Origin: an uncultured Gemmatimonadales bacterium
Lineage (GTDB): Bacteria; Gemmatimonadota; Gemmatimonadetes; Gemmatimonadales; Gemmatimonadaceae
Direction of reading: 5' to 3'
Length of the DNA: 64,000 bases
Assembly: GCA_963701965.1 (NCBI GenBank)
Contig: OY969695.1
Span: forward strand, 4,288,001-4,352,000
The position numbers and the translations under genes were made by a program. This document shows, piece by piece, positions 30,550 through 43,663 of the stretch. Below the pieces are notes generated by a model. It was given only the letters and a program-made list of their open reading frames with translations. It was not told where the DNA came from and did no database searches. The first letter of the stretch is position 1, and the number at the start of each line of letters is the position of its first letter.

Positions 30550-31719
30550 CGTCTGCTTCTACTTCCAGGTCCACCAGCCCTACCGCCTGCGCGCGTTCCG
30601 CGTCTTCGACATCGGCAACGGCTCCGCCTACTTCGACGACCGCAAGAACGCCGACATCCTCACGCGCGTCGCCAGCAAGTGCTACGTGCCCGCCAACCAG
30701 CTCCTCACCCGGCTGATCACCGAATCGAACGGCACGTTCCGCGTGGCCATGAGCCTGAGCGGCGCGCTGCTCGACCAGCTCGCCGCCTACGCGCCCGACG
30801 CGCTCGAGAGCTTCCAAACGCTCATCGCCACGGGTGGCGTCGAGCTGCTCGGCGAGACGTACTACCATAGCCTCGCCGCCCTCGCCGACCCCGAAGAGTT
30901 CCGCGAACAAGTCGTCCTCCACCTGTCCCGGATCGAGCGCCTGTTCGGACAACACCCCCGCGTGTTCCGAAACACGGAGCTCATCATGAGCGATCCGATC
31001 GCGCCGCTCGTCCGCGCCCTCGGCTTCGAGGCGGCCCTCGCCGAAGGCGCCGGCCACGTCCTCGGCTGGCGCTCGCCCACGTACGTGTACGAGGCCGCCG
31101 CCGAACCGGGGCTCCGCATCCTCACGCGCCACTACCAGCTGAGCGACGACGTCGCCTTCCGCTTCTCGGCGCGCTCCTGGAACCAGTGGCCCCTCTTGGC
31201 CGACACCTACGCCAACTGGTTGGCCGACACCCCGGGCGACTGCGTCAATCTGTTCATGGACTACGAGACGTTCGGCGAACACCAGTGGTCGGAGACGGGC
31301 ATCTTCGACTTCCTCGCCCGACTCCCCGCCGAAACCGAGGCCCGCGGCGTCCACTTCGTCCAGCCGTCCACCCTGGCCGCCCGGCAACCCGCCGACCGCC
31401 TCACGTTCGGCCGCCCCACATCCTGGGCCGACCAGGAGCGCGATGTCAGCGCCTGGCTCGGCAACAAGATGCAGCGCGCCGCGCACGAACGGGCCTATGC
31501 CCTCCGGCGGGCCGTGCTCGATACCGGCACGCCCGCGTTCATCGAGCACTGGCGCCGGCTCACGACGAGCGATCATTTCTACTACATGGCGACCAAAGAG
31601 CACTCCGACGGCGAAGTCCACTCCTACTTCAGCCCCTACGGCTCGCCCTACGATGCGTTCATCCGCTACATGAACGTCATGCAGGACGTGCAACAGCATA
31701 CCGAGCAGGCGACCGTCGG

Positions 31720-31723
<4 letters not shown>
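30542..31723 (+). CDS. GH57 alpha-amylase-like hydrolase
   Basis: FQVHQP, ETYYHSL, FRNTELI, MDYETFGEH, TSDHFYY. Confidence 0.93.
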
Positions 31724-34429
<2,706 letters not shown>

Positions 34430-34437
<8 letters not shown>

Positions 34438-36328
34438 CGACGCCGAGTGGCTGGAGACGGACGGACTCGGCGGCTTCGCGTCCGGTCCCGTCGCCGGCCC
34501 GCGCACCCGGCGCTATCACGGTCTCTTGGTCGTCGCCCGCCGGCCGCCGTCCGATCGCTTAGTGCTCGTCAACGGATTCGACGCCTGGGTCAGCACCCCC
34601 AATGGCACCTGGCCGCTCACGACGCAGCGGTATACGCCGGACGTCGACGCGCCGGATGGGCCGCACCGGCCGGCCGATTTCCAGAACGAGCCCTGGCCGA
34701 CGTGGACGTTCGTGCTGCCCGATGGCGTCCCCGTCATTCAAGAGATCATCATGACGCGCGGATCGCCGGCCGTCGCTGTCGCCTGGCGCCTGGCGCGCCC
34801 GGCCCCCGGCGTGACGCTGACAGTCCGACCGTTCCTCACCGGCCGATCCATGCACGCGCTGCATGTCGAAAACGCCAACTTCCGTTTCGAGGCGCACGTG
34901 GACGGCGAGTGCGTGCGATGGCACCCGTACGACGGCGTGCCGGCGATCGTCTCGCACGCCAACGCGACGTACGCGCACGACCCGCAGTGGTACCGGCACA
35001 TGCAATATGACGTGGACCGCGCCCGGGGATACGACTCCGTCGAGGACGTCGGTGCGCCGGGGACACTCACCTGGGACCTCTCCCGCGAGCCCGCCGCCTG
35101 GGTGCTGGCCACCGAGGCCGATGCCCGCCCCGCGCTCGATCGCCTGGCGCGCATCAAGAGCGACGAACGCGGGCGGCGCGCCGCGCTCGGCACCGCGCTC
35201 CGGCGGGCGGGCGACCACTATCTCGTCAAACGCGGCATTGGAGACACGATCATCGCCGGCTACCCATGGTTCGGCGACTGGGGACGCGATACGTGCATCG
35301 CCGTGCGCGGTCTGTGCCTGTCGACCGGCCGGTTCGAGGAAGCGGCGCGCATTCTCACGGAGTGGTCGGCGCACATCTCGCGGGGGATGATTCCCAATCG
35401 GTTCCCGGAAGGCGGCGACCCCCCCGAGTACAACTCCGTCGACGCCTCGCTGTGGTTCGTGATCGCGGTCGACGAGCTGTTCCGTCTGGGCGGTCGCAAT
35501 GTGCCGTACGCCGCGCCACTCGTCGACGCTGTCGTGTCCATTCTGCATGGCTACGTCGACGGCACGCGCTATCGCATTCGCGTCGAGGGCGACGGGCTCC
35601 TGGCCTCCGGCGAGGCCGGCGTCCAATTGACGTGGATGGACGCGCGCGTCGGAGACCGGCTCATCACGCCGCGCATCGGCAAAGCGGTCGAAGTGCAGGC
35701 ACTCTGGATCAATGCTGTCGCCATCGCCGAGACGCTCGATCCGCCCCATCAGGCCGAGTGGACGGCCCTGTTCGAGCTGGCCCGCGCGTCGTTCCGGGAT
35801 CGCTTCTGGCGCGCCAATGTGGGATGGTGCTATGACGTCGTCAATGTCGATCACGAGAGCGGCGTCGTGGACGCGTCCTTCCGCCCGAACCAGATCTTCG
35901 CCATCGGAGGGTTGCCGCGCCAGCTGCTCGGCCCCGAAGACGGGCGGCGGCTGGTCGACGCGGTCGAACGGCGACTCTGGACGCCGATGGGCCTGCGCAC
36001 GCTGGCGCCGGACGAACCGGGATATCGCGGGCACTACGGTGGCAACCAAGCCACGCGCGACGAAGCGTACCATCAAGGGACGGTCTGGCCGTGGTTGACC
36101 GCGGCCTTCGTCGAGGCCTGGGTGCGGGTCCGCGGCGACACTGATGACGCGCGCCGCGAAGCCGGCGAGCGATTCGTGGTGCCTTTACTCGATCAACTCG
36201 CCGCGGGACCCGGCGTGGGCCATCTGCCGGAGGTGGCCGACGGCTCAGCCGGATACAATCCCGGAGGGTCGCCGTTCCAAGCGTGGTCCGTCGCCGAGCT
36301 CTTGCGGATCGCGCTCGTCGTGCTCTGA
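34430..36328 (+). CDS. Glycogen debranching enzyme (amylo-alpha-1,6-glucosidase)
   Basis: EWLETDGLGGFASG, AGYPWFGDWGRD, YNSVDASLW, QAWSVAE. Confidence 0.93.
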
Positions 36329-36334
36329 CCGGTC

Positions 36335-36865
36335 GTGGTCGTCATCGTCCCCTACGATCCAGCGTGGCCCGCGCAGTTCCGCGCGTTGCGCGATCGCGCC
36401 GCCGCCGCGCTGGGGCCGCTGGCGCTGGCCATTGAGCACGTCGGCAGCACCGCGGTGCCGGGCCTCGCCGCGAAGCCGGTGATCGACATGGACGTCGTCG
36501 TCGCCGACGCCGCGTGCCTCGGCGAAGCGATTCAACGGCTGGCCACGCTAGGATACGTACCTGAGGGCGACCGCGGCATTCCGGGTCGCCAGGCGTTCCG
36601 GTGGCCGGCGGGCGAAGCGCGCCACCATCTCTATATCTGCCCGGCGGACAGTCCGGCTCTTGACGACCATCGGACGTTGCGCGACTACCTGCGCGCGCAT
36701 CCGACCGTCGCTGAAGACTATGCGCGGCTCAAACGGCGCGCCGCCGAGCAATACGCACACGATCGCGAGGCGTATATGCGGGAGAAAGGACCGTACGTCG
36801 ACTACATCACGGCGGAGGCACGAACGTGGGCGCAGACGACGCGGACCGATACGACGCGGTCGTAA
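36335..36865 (+). CDS. GrpB-family protein
   Basis: YDPAWP, IEHVGSTAVPGLAAKPVID, RDYLR, YARLK. Confidence 0.92.
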   Translation: MVVIVPYDPAWPAQFRALRDRAAAALGPLALAIEHVGSTAVPGLAAKPVIDMDVVVADAACLGEAIQRLATLGYVPEGDRGIPGRQAFRWPAGEARHHLYICPADSPALDDHRTLRDYLRAHPTVAEDYARLKRRAAEQYAHDREAYMREKGPYVDYITAEARTWAQTTRTDTTRS

Positions 36866-38211
36866 TCGGTGCCGGGCAAGCGGGCGTCCCGTTGGCGGTC
36901 GCGTTGGCGAAAGCCGGTCGGCGCACGGCGATCATCGAGCGGGCGCACGTGGGCGGCACGTGTGTCAACGAAGGATGCACGCCGACCAAGACCATGGTCG
37001 CCAGCGCGCGGACGGCGTACGTGGCACGGCGCGCGCACGAATATGGCGTCGGCACGGGCGATGTCAGCGTCGACCTCAATGCCGTGGTGGACCGCAAGCA
37101 AACCGTGGTCGATGCCTTTCGGAGCGGAGGGGAGCGCCGCCTGGCCGCCGCCGGCGTCGAGTTGATCCGGGAGGATGGGTCCTTCGTCGGCCCGAATGTG
37201 CTCCGCGTGGGCTCGCGCACGATCTCCATGGCGCTCTCGGTGATCGATGTGGGTGCCCGGCCGTCGCGTCCCGACATTCCGGGTCTCGCCGACGTCGGCA
37301 CGCTCGACTCGACGTCGATCATGGAGCTCCGGACACTCCCGCGGCACCTCATCGTGCTGGGCGGCGGCTACGTGGGCGTCGAGTTCGCGCAGATGTTCCG
37401 GCGCTTCGGGAGTCAGGTCACGATCATTCACCGCGGCAAGCAGTTGCTGCGGGACGAAGATCCCGATGTCACCGATGCGCTGGCCGCCATCCTGCGCGAC
37501 GAGGGCGTGGCGATCACCCTCGTCGCTACGATCGTGCGCATCGAGGCGCGAGCCGGAAACGCGATCGCGGCGACCGTGCGCACTGCCGGCGGCAATGAAA
37601 CGATCGTCGGTTCCCACCTGCTGGTCGCCACCGGCCGCACGCCGAATACGGAGACCCTCGGTCTCGATGCGGCGGGCGTGGCGCGTACCGCCGGGGGATA
37701 CATCCGCGTAAATGACCGGCTCGAGACCACTGCCCCAGGGATCTACGCGACGGGCGACGTGAATGGCGAGCCGGCCTTCACGCACATCTCCTACGATGAC
37801 TATCGGATTCTGCAAAGCAATCTGTTGCACGGTGGCAGCGCCTCGCGCGCCGGCCGGCTCGTGCCCTACGTCGCCTTCACCGATCCGCAGCTAGGCCGCA
37901 TCGGTCTGACCGAGACAGAGGCCCGCGCCTCGGGCCGCGCCGTAGGCATTGCCCGCCTGCCGATGAGCGCGGTCGCGCGCGCCATCGAAACCGGCGAGAC
38001 CCGCGGGATGATCAAAGTCGTCGTCGACGCGGCGACCCGGCGCATCCTCGGCGCCGCCGTGCTTGGCATCGAGGGTGGCGAGATCATGGGCGCGCTGGAG
38101 ATCGCGATGATGGGAGACGTGCCTTACCCGCGCCTGCGCGATGGCATCTTCGCCCATCCCACTCTCATGGAATCGCTGAACAACTTGTTCAGCGCGGTGG
38201 AGACTGGCTAG
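36826..38211 (+). CDS. Pyridine nucleotide-disulfide oxidoreductase (MerA/RclA-like, lacking the MerA C-terminal Cys pair)
   Basis: IGAGQAG, GGTCVNEGCTPTK, GGGYVGVE, FAHPTLMESLN. Confidence 0.9.
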   Translation: MGADDADRYDAVVIGAGQAGVPLAVALAKAGRRTAIIERAHVGGTCVNEGCTPTKTMVASARTAYVARRAHEYGVGTGDVSVDLNAVVDRKQTVVDAFRSGGERRLAAAGVELIREDGSFVGPNVLRVGSRTISMALSVIDVGARPSRPDIPGLADVGTLDSTSIMELRTLPRHLIVLGGGYVGVEFAQMFRRFGSQVTIIHRGKQLLRDEDPDVTDALAAILRDEGVAITLVATIVRIEARAGNAIAATVRTAGGNETIVGSHLLVATGRTPNTETLGLDAAGVARTAGGYIRVNDRLETTAPGIYATGDVNGEPAFTHISYDDYRILQSNLLHGGSASRAGRLVPYVAFTDPQLGRIGLTETEARASGRAVGIARLPMSAVARAIETGETRGMIKVVVDAATRRILGAAVLGIEGGEIMGALEIAMMGDVPYPRLRDGIFAHPTLMESLNNLFSAVETG

Positions 38212-38672
38212 TCGAGCGAGAAGGGGAGAACGACGGGTCCCTGCGACCGGGTCGCCGAGCGACGGGACAGCGCCGGCCAATGGCGGGCCGCATCGTCCAA
38301 TGCCGCGCGCCGCGCCGCGTCCCACATGGGGTCGAACGTCGTTGCCTCGCAGTGGGAGCGGACTTCGATGGCCGTGGCGAACGTCGCGCAGTGCGCGTCG
38401 AGCTGCGCCGCCCCATCGCCGTCCTCGGTGGCCAACCGCTCGCTGATGACGAACCAACTCTCGGTCGTCAGAATGACGTCGATGCCCACGTTCCGCGACA
38501 TCCGGACGCCCTCGCGGCCGTCCGCGCGCCCGCGCCCGATCGTCCAGCCAAACGCCGTCCGCGGGCCATCCTCACTCAGAATGAGGATCGACGTTGGTGG
38601 ACCCAGGTGTGCGCGAACCGACTCCGTAGCCGCGCTCAGCTCGTCCCGTGATGCGATCGCGGGCTCCGTCAT
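38208..38672 (-). CDS. Hypothetical protein
   Basis: 154-aa ORF filling the gap, host-like composition. Confidence 0.5.
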   Translation of the reverse strand: MTEPAIASRDELSAATESVRAHLGPPTSILILSEDGPRTAFGWTIGRGRADGREGVRMSRNVGIDVILTTESWFVISERLATEDGDGAAQLDAHCATFATAIEVRSHCEATTFDPMWDAARRAALDDAARHWPALSRRSATRSQGPVVLPFSLD

Positions 38673-38843
38673 ATATGGTGACAGACTGAGGCGAGTTCCG
38701 GACCAGGGTGGCGATCGGCGTTAAATTGTTATTGTTTATGGGGTTAACTGGTCGGGGCCGGCGCCGGAACCCGTCTCCGCTCTCGCGGATTGCGGCGCTG
38801 GCGGGCGAAGTGCAATAGGACAGCATACCCTTCACCACCAATC

Positions 38844-39905
38844 ATGCGTACCCGCACGCTCCAATTCTGCCTCGCGCTCGTCGCATGGAGCCTCGCTGCC
38901 ACCGTTGTCCTCGTCGCCGTCCCGGCGAGGCCGTTGGCGGCGCAAGAGCAGCAACAGCCGACGGAACCCGACACCGGGGAGCTCGCGCAGGACGATAGCG
39001 CCGACCGGTTCGACCAAGTCTTCCAGCAGGAGCCCGTCAAAGGGCATGGGCGCAAGATCGTCCGTCCGGGCGCCGATCTCCATCCGACACTCGTCTGGCG
39101 TCACGGAGCGACGCGGGCGACTTTGCTGGCCCTCTGCGGCGCGCTGTTGCTCGCCTTGCCGATCGCCGGAGTCTACGAGTTCACCAGTCGCCAGCGGACG
39201 CAGCTCGACCGCTCGCTGACGCAGAGCATCCTCCTGCTGCCCCCGATCGTGTCGGGCATCGTGATGGTGGTGCAGGGCAGTTTGGCGCTGGCGTTCAGCC
39301 TGGCGGGCGTGGCGACGACCGTGCGGTTTCGGAGCTCGCTCAAGGACACGAACGACGCGGCGTACATCTTTCTCGCCATCGCGATCGGGATAGCGGCCGG
39401 CGCGCAAGCCCTCGACATCGCGGTCGTCCTGTCGCTGGGCGCCTGCGTGGCGGCCCTGGCGATCCACTATATCACGCTCCTCATCCATCACCCGACGATC
39501 GCGGTGCCGAAAAATGGCCCACAGCGGGGGCCCGTGCCGCTAGGCGTCCCCAGCGCGAATCCCGCGGCGCCGGTGGCGCAGCATGATGAGCGCGATGCGA
39601 TCATCACCGTCTCGACGCCGCACGACGACAAGGCGCGCGACGCCGTCGAATCGCTGCTCGACGGGCTGGCCAAGCAGTGGCACCTCGAGAGCCTGCAGAA
39701 TGACCCGACCACCGATGTCCAGCTCCGCTACGCGGTGCGCACCAAAAAGCGGGTCGACGCGGATGCGCTGGTCGCCGCCATCACCGCTGCCGGAGCGCAG
39801 CAGGGCTTCCGCGCCCAGGTCGAGCATGGCGCCACGCCGGCCGAGCCCATGACCGACGATACCGAATCGAAGACCGGGGCGCCGGCATCCGTGGCGACAG
39901 CCTGA
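38844..39905 (+). CDS. DUF4956-family membrane protein
   Basis: SLALAFSLAGVATTVRFRSSLKDTNDAAYIF. Confidence 0.85.
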   Translation: MRTRTLQFCLALVAWSLAATVVLVAVPARPLAAQEQQQPTEPDTGELAQDDSADRFDQVFQQEPVKGHGRKIVRPGADLHPTLVWRHGATRATLLALCGALLLALPIAGVYEFTSRQRTQLDRSLTQSILLLPPIVSGIVMVVQGSLALAFSLAGVATTVRFRSSLKDTNDAAYIFLAIAIGIAAGAQALDIAVVLSLGACVAALAIHYITLLIHHPTIAVPKNGPQRGPVPLGVPSANPAAPVAQHDERDAIITVSTPHDDKARDAVESLLDGLAKQWHLESLQNDPTTDVQLRYAVRTKKRVDADALVAAITAAGAQQGFRAQVEHGATPAEPMTDDTESKTGAPASVATA

Positions 39906-41017
39906 TGCGGCCGGGCGGCGTCGCCGCCGGCGTTGCGCTGGTGGCGATCGTCGCCGGCGCGGCGAACGCGCCCGTCGGGACGCCGGCGCCGTCCCGCGGC
40001 GCATCCCAGGATAGCGATGACGTCACGCTCTTCTTGATCGGCGATGCCGGCGTGCCCCATGCGGGATTCGAGCCGGTGCTGGCGGCGCTCCAGCGCGAAG
40101 CATCGGTGCCGACGGGCGGGCAGCGGGTGATCGTCTTTCTCGGCGACAACATCTATCCCCGCGGACTGCCGGACAGCGCCGACCGCGGGCGTGCCGAGGC
40201 CGAGCGGCGCATCGGCGCACAGGTGGCGGCCGCCGAGTCGAGCCAGGCGACGACGATATTCATCCCGGGGAACCACGACTGGGATGCGGAGCGGACGGAC
40301 GGGTGGCAGGCGATCCGGCGCGAGGGCGACTATATCCGCCGCACGAGCCAGAATCGCGTGTTGTTCCTCCCCGCGAATGGCTGCCCGGGGCCGGCCGTGT
40401 TCAATGCGGGGACGCGCGTTCGTCTCCTGTTGCTCGATACGCAGTGGTGGCTGCAACCAAATCCGAAACCAAACGGGTCGACGGCCGAGTGCCCGGCGGC
40501 GACGCCGACGGGTATTGTGGACTCGATGCGGACGGCGATCGCGAGCGCCAGCCGTCGCGCCGTGGTCGTGCTCGCTCATCATCCGTTATTCTCCGGCGGC
40601 GCGCACGCCGAGCACTGGCGCGCGAAAGACTATCTTGGATTGGGACCGGTGATCTTGTTTCGCCGGTTGCTCAATTCCCCGCAGGATTTCAAGAGCGGGG
40701 CCAACACTGCGATGCGTGAGGCCATCCTGAGCGCGTTCAAGCCACTGCCCCCATTGCTGTACGTGTCAGGGCACGATCACGGTCTCCAAGTATTGGCGGG
40801 GACGGAGTCGCCGGGACCCGTGCGCTACATCGTCTCCGGCGCGGGTACCTACGAGCATCTCGACCCGGTGCAGCGCATCGATCAAACGCTCTTTGAAGCG
40901 CACAAGAGCGGGTATGTGCGTCTGGATTTCCTGCGCGCCGGACACATTCGTCTGTCCGTCCGCATCGTCAATGGGAAGGGTGTGGTCAACGAGGCGTATG
41001 CGGATTCGATTCCATGA
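39905..41017 (+). CDS. Secreted calcineurin-like metallophosphoesterase
   Basis: IGDAG, LGDNIYP, PGNHDW, HHP, SGHDH. Confidence 0.92.
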   Translation: MRPGGVAAGVALVAIVAGAANAPVGTPAPSRGASQDSDDVTLFLIGDAGVPHAGFEPVLAALQREASVPTGGQRVIVFLGDNIYPRGLPDSADRGRAEAERRIGAQVAAAESSQATTIFIPGNHDWDAERTDGWQAIRREGDYIRRTSQNRVLFLPANGCPGPAVFNAGTRVRLLLLDTQWWLQPNPKPNGSTAECPAATPTGIVDSMRTAIASASRRAVVVLAHHPLFSGGAHAEHWRAKDYLGLGPVILFRRLLNSPQDFKSGANTAMREAILSAFKPLPPLLYVSGHDHGLQVLAGTESPGPVRYIVSGAGTYEHLDPVQRIDQTLFEAHKSGYVRLDFLRAGHIRLSVRIVNGKGVVNEAYADSIP

Positions 41018-43659
41018 ACGGTGGCAGTCGCGTGCAGCGCGTCGTGATGGGGCTGATGGTGATCGCGGGTACGCTCGGCGCGCAGGAGCAGAAACCCGAT
41101 AGCGTCCGACTACCGCAAGCGCGGCCCGCACCCGGACGGATCATTCCCGCGCCGCCGCCGCCGAGTGCCGACACGCCCGAGTCCGTGACCGTGGTTCCGG
41201 GCCCTGAATACCGCGCCGGGTGGCTCCGACGGACATTCGCCGGACCCCACTATCGCGACCTGTGGCTGACGCCCATTCGTCTTCCCGTCCTCGATCTCGC
41301 GCGCTACGCCGGTGGTCTGACGCCGCTCGAGCACGGCGGGGGCCAGCAGACGATCTCGCTGCACATGAAAGGCGCCGACGGCGTCACCTACGTCCTGCGC
41401 TCGGTCGACAAGAGGCCCTTCGTGCCGGAGAACCTGCGCGGCACCGTCGTCGAGGATGTCGTGAACGATAACACCAGCGCGGCCCATCCGACCGGGGTGC
41501 TGGTCGTCGCGCCGTTGCTCAATGCCGCCAAGCTCCTGCACGTGCCGCCCACGCTCGTCGTCATCCCGGATGACCCGCGGTTGGGTGCCTTTCGGGCGGA
41601 GTTCGCCGGGATGATCGCCGAGCTGGAAGGGCGTCCCAAGACCGGGGACAACGAGAAGGAGCTCGAGGACGCGCAGAAAGTCGAGAAGACCGAGAAGCTG
41701 CTGGCCGAATTGGCCAAGAGCTCGTCCAATCGCCTGGATGCTCGGGGCTATCTCACGGCGCGCCTGATGGACTTCTACGTGGGCGATTGGGATCGTGGCA
41801 GCACCCAATGGCGGTGGGCCCGGTTCGGCGAGAAGGGCAACCACATCTGGAAGCCCATTCCGCTCGACCGCGACTGGGCGTTCCAGCGCGCCGACGGCAT
41901 CGTGCCGGCCGTCGCGCGCTCCGCTCGCCCCGAATTGATCGTGTTCTCTGACGACTATCCGCCACTCATCAGTCTGACGTTCGCGGAGTGGGACCTCGAC
42001 CGGCGCTTGCTCCAGGAGCTCGAGCGGCCCGCGTTCGATTCGACCGCTCGATGGCTCCAGGGCGTGCTCACCGACTCGGTGATCGCCGCGGCCGTGGCGG
42101 CGATGCCGCCCGAGCACCAGGCCAAACGCGGGGCGTTCATGCGGCGCGCGCTCGAGGCTCGGCGCGACAAGCTCGGGTCGCTGGCGGCCGACTTCTATCG
42201 ACAGTTGGCGTGGGGCGTCGACGTGCGCACGACGGCCGAGGCATCGATCATCGATGTCAACCGCTTCGCGGACACGATGGCGCTCACGTTCCGGAGCAAG
42301 GACGCGGCGCCCACCGACCCATATTACTCCCGGCGATTCGTCAATGGGGAGACGCACGAGGTGCGCCTCTACGTCAATGCCAGCAACGACAGCATCACCG
42401 TGCGCGGCGGCGGCGACGGGATCAAGCTGCGCGTGATCGCCGACAGCAACGGCACGGTTCTCGTCGACTCCGCGGGAGCGCAGGCCGGGGCGTTACTGGT
42501 GTACGACTACGGGCACGCCGTCCGAGTGATCGATGGGCAGGCCGTCGACGTCGACAGGCGCCGGTGGACGGCCCCTCGGGTCCAGCCCGGAACGTTGGTC
42601 CGCAATGTTGGGCAGCAGTGCACGACGCTGCCGGGAGCGCGCGGCGGGTCTGATGCTGGTGCTGTCATCGGCGTCACGGTGACCTGCAACGAGTTCGGAT
42701 TCCGCCGGCAGCCGTGGGCGCTGAGCAACGCGATCACGGTCGGCTTCGGGAGCGCTGCCGGTGGCGGCGGACTGGATTATTTCGGGCAGCTCCGGCCGGT
42801 CGGCGGCCACCAGGTCTGGTCGGTGCACGCGTTGGCCGTGAGCTCGCAGTTCGTGTGGTTCTTCGGGGAAGGGAACGAAACCCAGTTCAAGGAGTTCGGC
42901 AACTTCTTCGAGCCGTTCTACCGCGCGCGCGAATCGTATTTCCAGCTGAGCCCCGCGCTCACGATTCCGTTCGACCAACACACCACGCTCAGTGTCTCGC
43001 CCTATCTCCGGTACTGGCAGACGAGCCGCCTCGGCGGATTCGTGGATTCCGTGCGCCCGTATGGCGTGGGGCCGTTCGGAACGATCGGCGGGACGGTCGA
43101 TGCCCAGTACGATACCCGCGACAATGTCGCGTTCACGACGCACGGCCTGCTGCTCCACGCGACCGCGGGCGGTGCGCCCGCGGTGTGGGACGCCGTCGAT
43201 GCATATGGAAAGATTCGCGGGACGGCGGCGACGTACCTGACGTCCGCCGCCGTGCCGTTCCAGCCGACGCTGGCGCTCCGCGTGGGAGGCGAAAAGGTCT
43301 GGGGGAGTGCGCCATTTCAGGATATGGCGCACATCGGCGCCACCGCGCCCGGGGTGCCGTTCAGCGTCCGCGGCTACATCGCCGGCCGTTACACGGGCAC
43401 GGCCGCGGCATTTGCCAATGCCCAGCTGGAGATTCCCATCGCCCGGCCGCGCATCCTGCTGCCGACGACGATCGGCGTCCTCGTGATCAATGACATCGGT
43501 CGCGTCTTCGTGCCGGGCGAGCACTCATCGGCGTGGCACAACGGATTTGGCGGTGGCATCTTCGTAGCGCCCTACGACCGGGTGTTCACCACCAGCGTGA
43601 CGTTGGTGCACGGCAGCGACGGCACGCGCTTCTACTTCGGCTACGGGACTGGATTCTGA
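41014..43659 (+). CDS. Outer-membrane protein: kinase-like N-terminal region plus BamA/TamA-type barrel
   Basis: GGGQQTISL, LRSVDK, ARLMDFYVGDWDR, IPLDRD; barrel ending YFGYGTGF. Confidence 0.8.
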   Translation: MNGGSRVQRVVMGLMVIAGTLGAQEQKPDSVRLPQARPAPGRIIPAPPPPSADTPESVTVVPGPEYRAGWLRRTFAGPHYRDLWLTPIRLPVLDLARYAGGLTPLEHGGGQQTISLHMKGADGVTYVLRSVDKRPFVPENLRGTVVEDVVNDNTSAAHPTGVLVVAPLLNAAKLLHVPPTLVVIPDDPRLGAFRAEFAGMIAELEGRPKTGDNEKELEDAQKVEKTEKLLAELAKSSSNRLDARGYLTARLMDFYVGDWDRGSTQWRWARFGEKGNHIWKPIPLDRDWAFQRADGIVPAVARSARPELIVFSDDYPPLISLTFAEWDLDRRLLQELERPAFDSTARWLQGVLTDSVIAAAVAAMPPEHQAKRGAFMRRALEARRDKLGSLAADFYRQLAWGVDVRTTAEASIIDVNRFADTMALTFRSKDAAPTDPYYSRRFVNGETHEVRLYVNASNDSITVRGGGDGIKLRVIADSNGTVLVDSAGAQAGALLVYDYGHAVRVIDGQAVDVDRRRWTAPRVQPGTLVRNVGQQCTTLPGARGGSDAGAVIGVTVTCNEFGFRRQPWALSNAITVGFGSAAGGGGLDYFGQLRPVGGHQVWSVHALAVSSQFVWFFGEGNETQFKEFGNFFEPFYRARESYFQLSPALTIPFDQHTTLSVSPYLRYWQTSRLGGFVDSVRPYGVGPFGTIGGTVDAQYDTRDNVAFTTHGLLLHATAGGAPAVWDAVDAYGKIRGTAATYLTSAAVPFQPTLALRVGGEKVWGSAPFQDMAHIGATAPGVPFSVRGYIAGRYTGTAAAFANAQLEIPIARPRILLPTTIGVLVINDIGRVFVPGEHSSAWHNGFGGGIFVAPYDRVFTTSVTLVHGSDGTRFYFGYGTGF

Positions 43660-43663
43660 CCTG

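Noticed and set aside
36826..38211. True mercuric reductase / mer operon
   Set aside because: No C-terminal Cys pair, no NmerA domain and no mer genes
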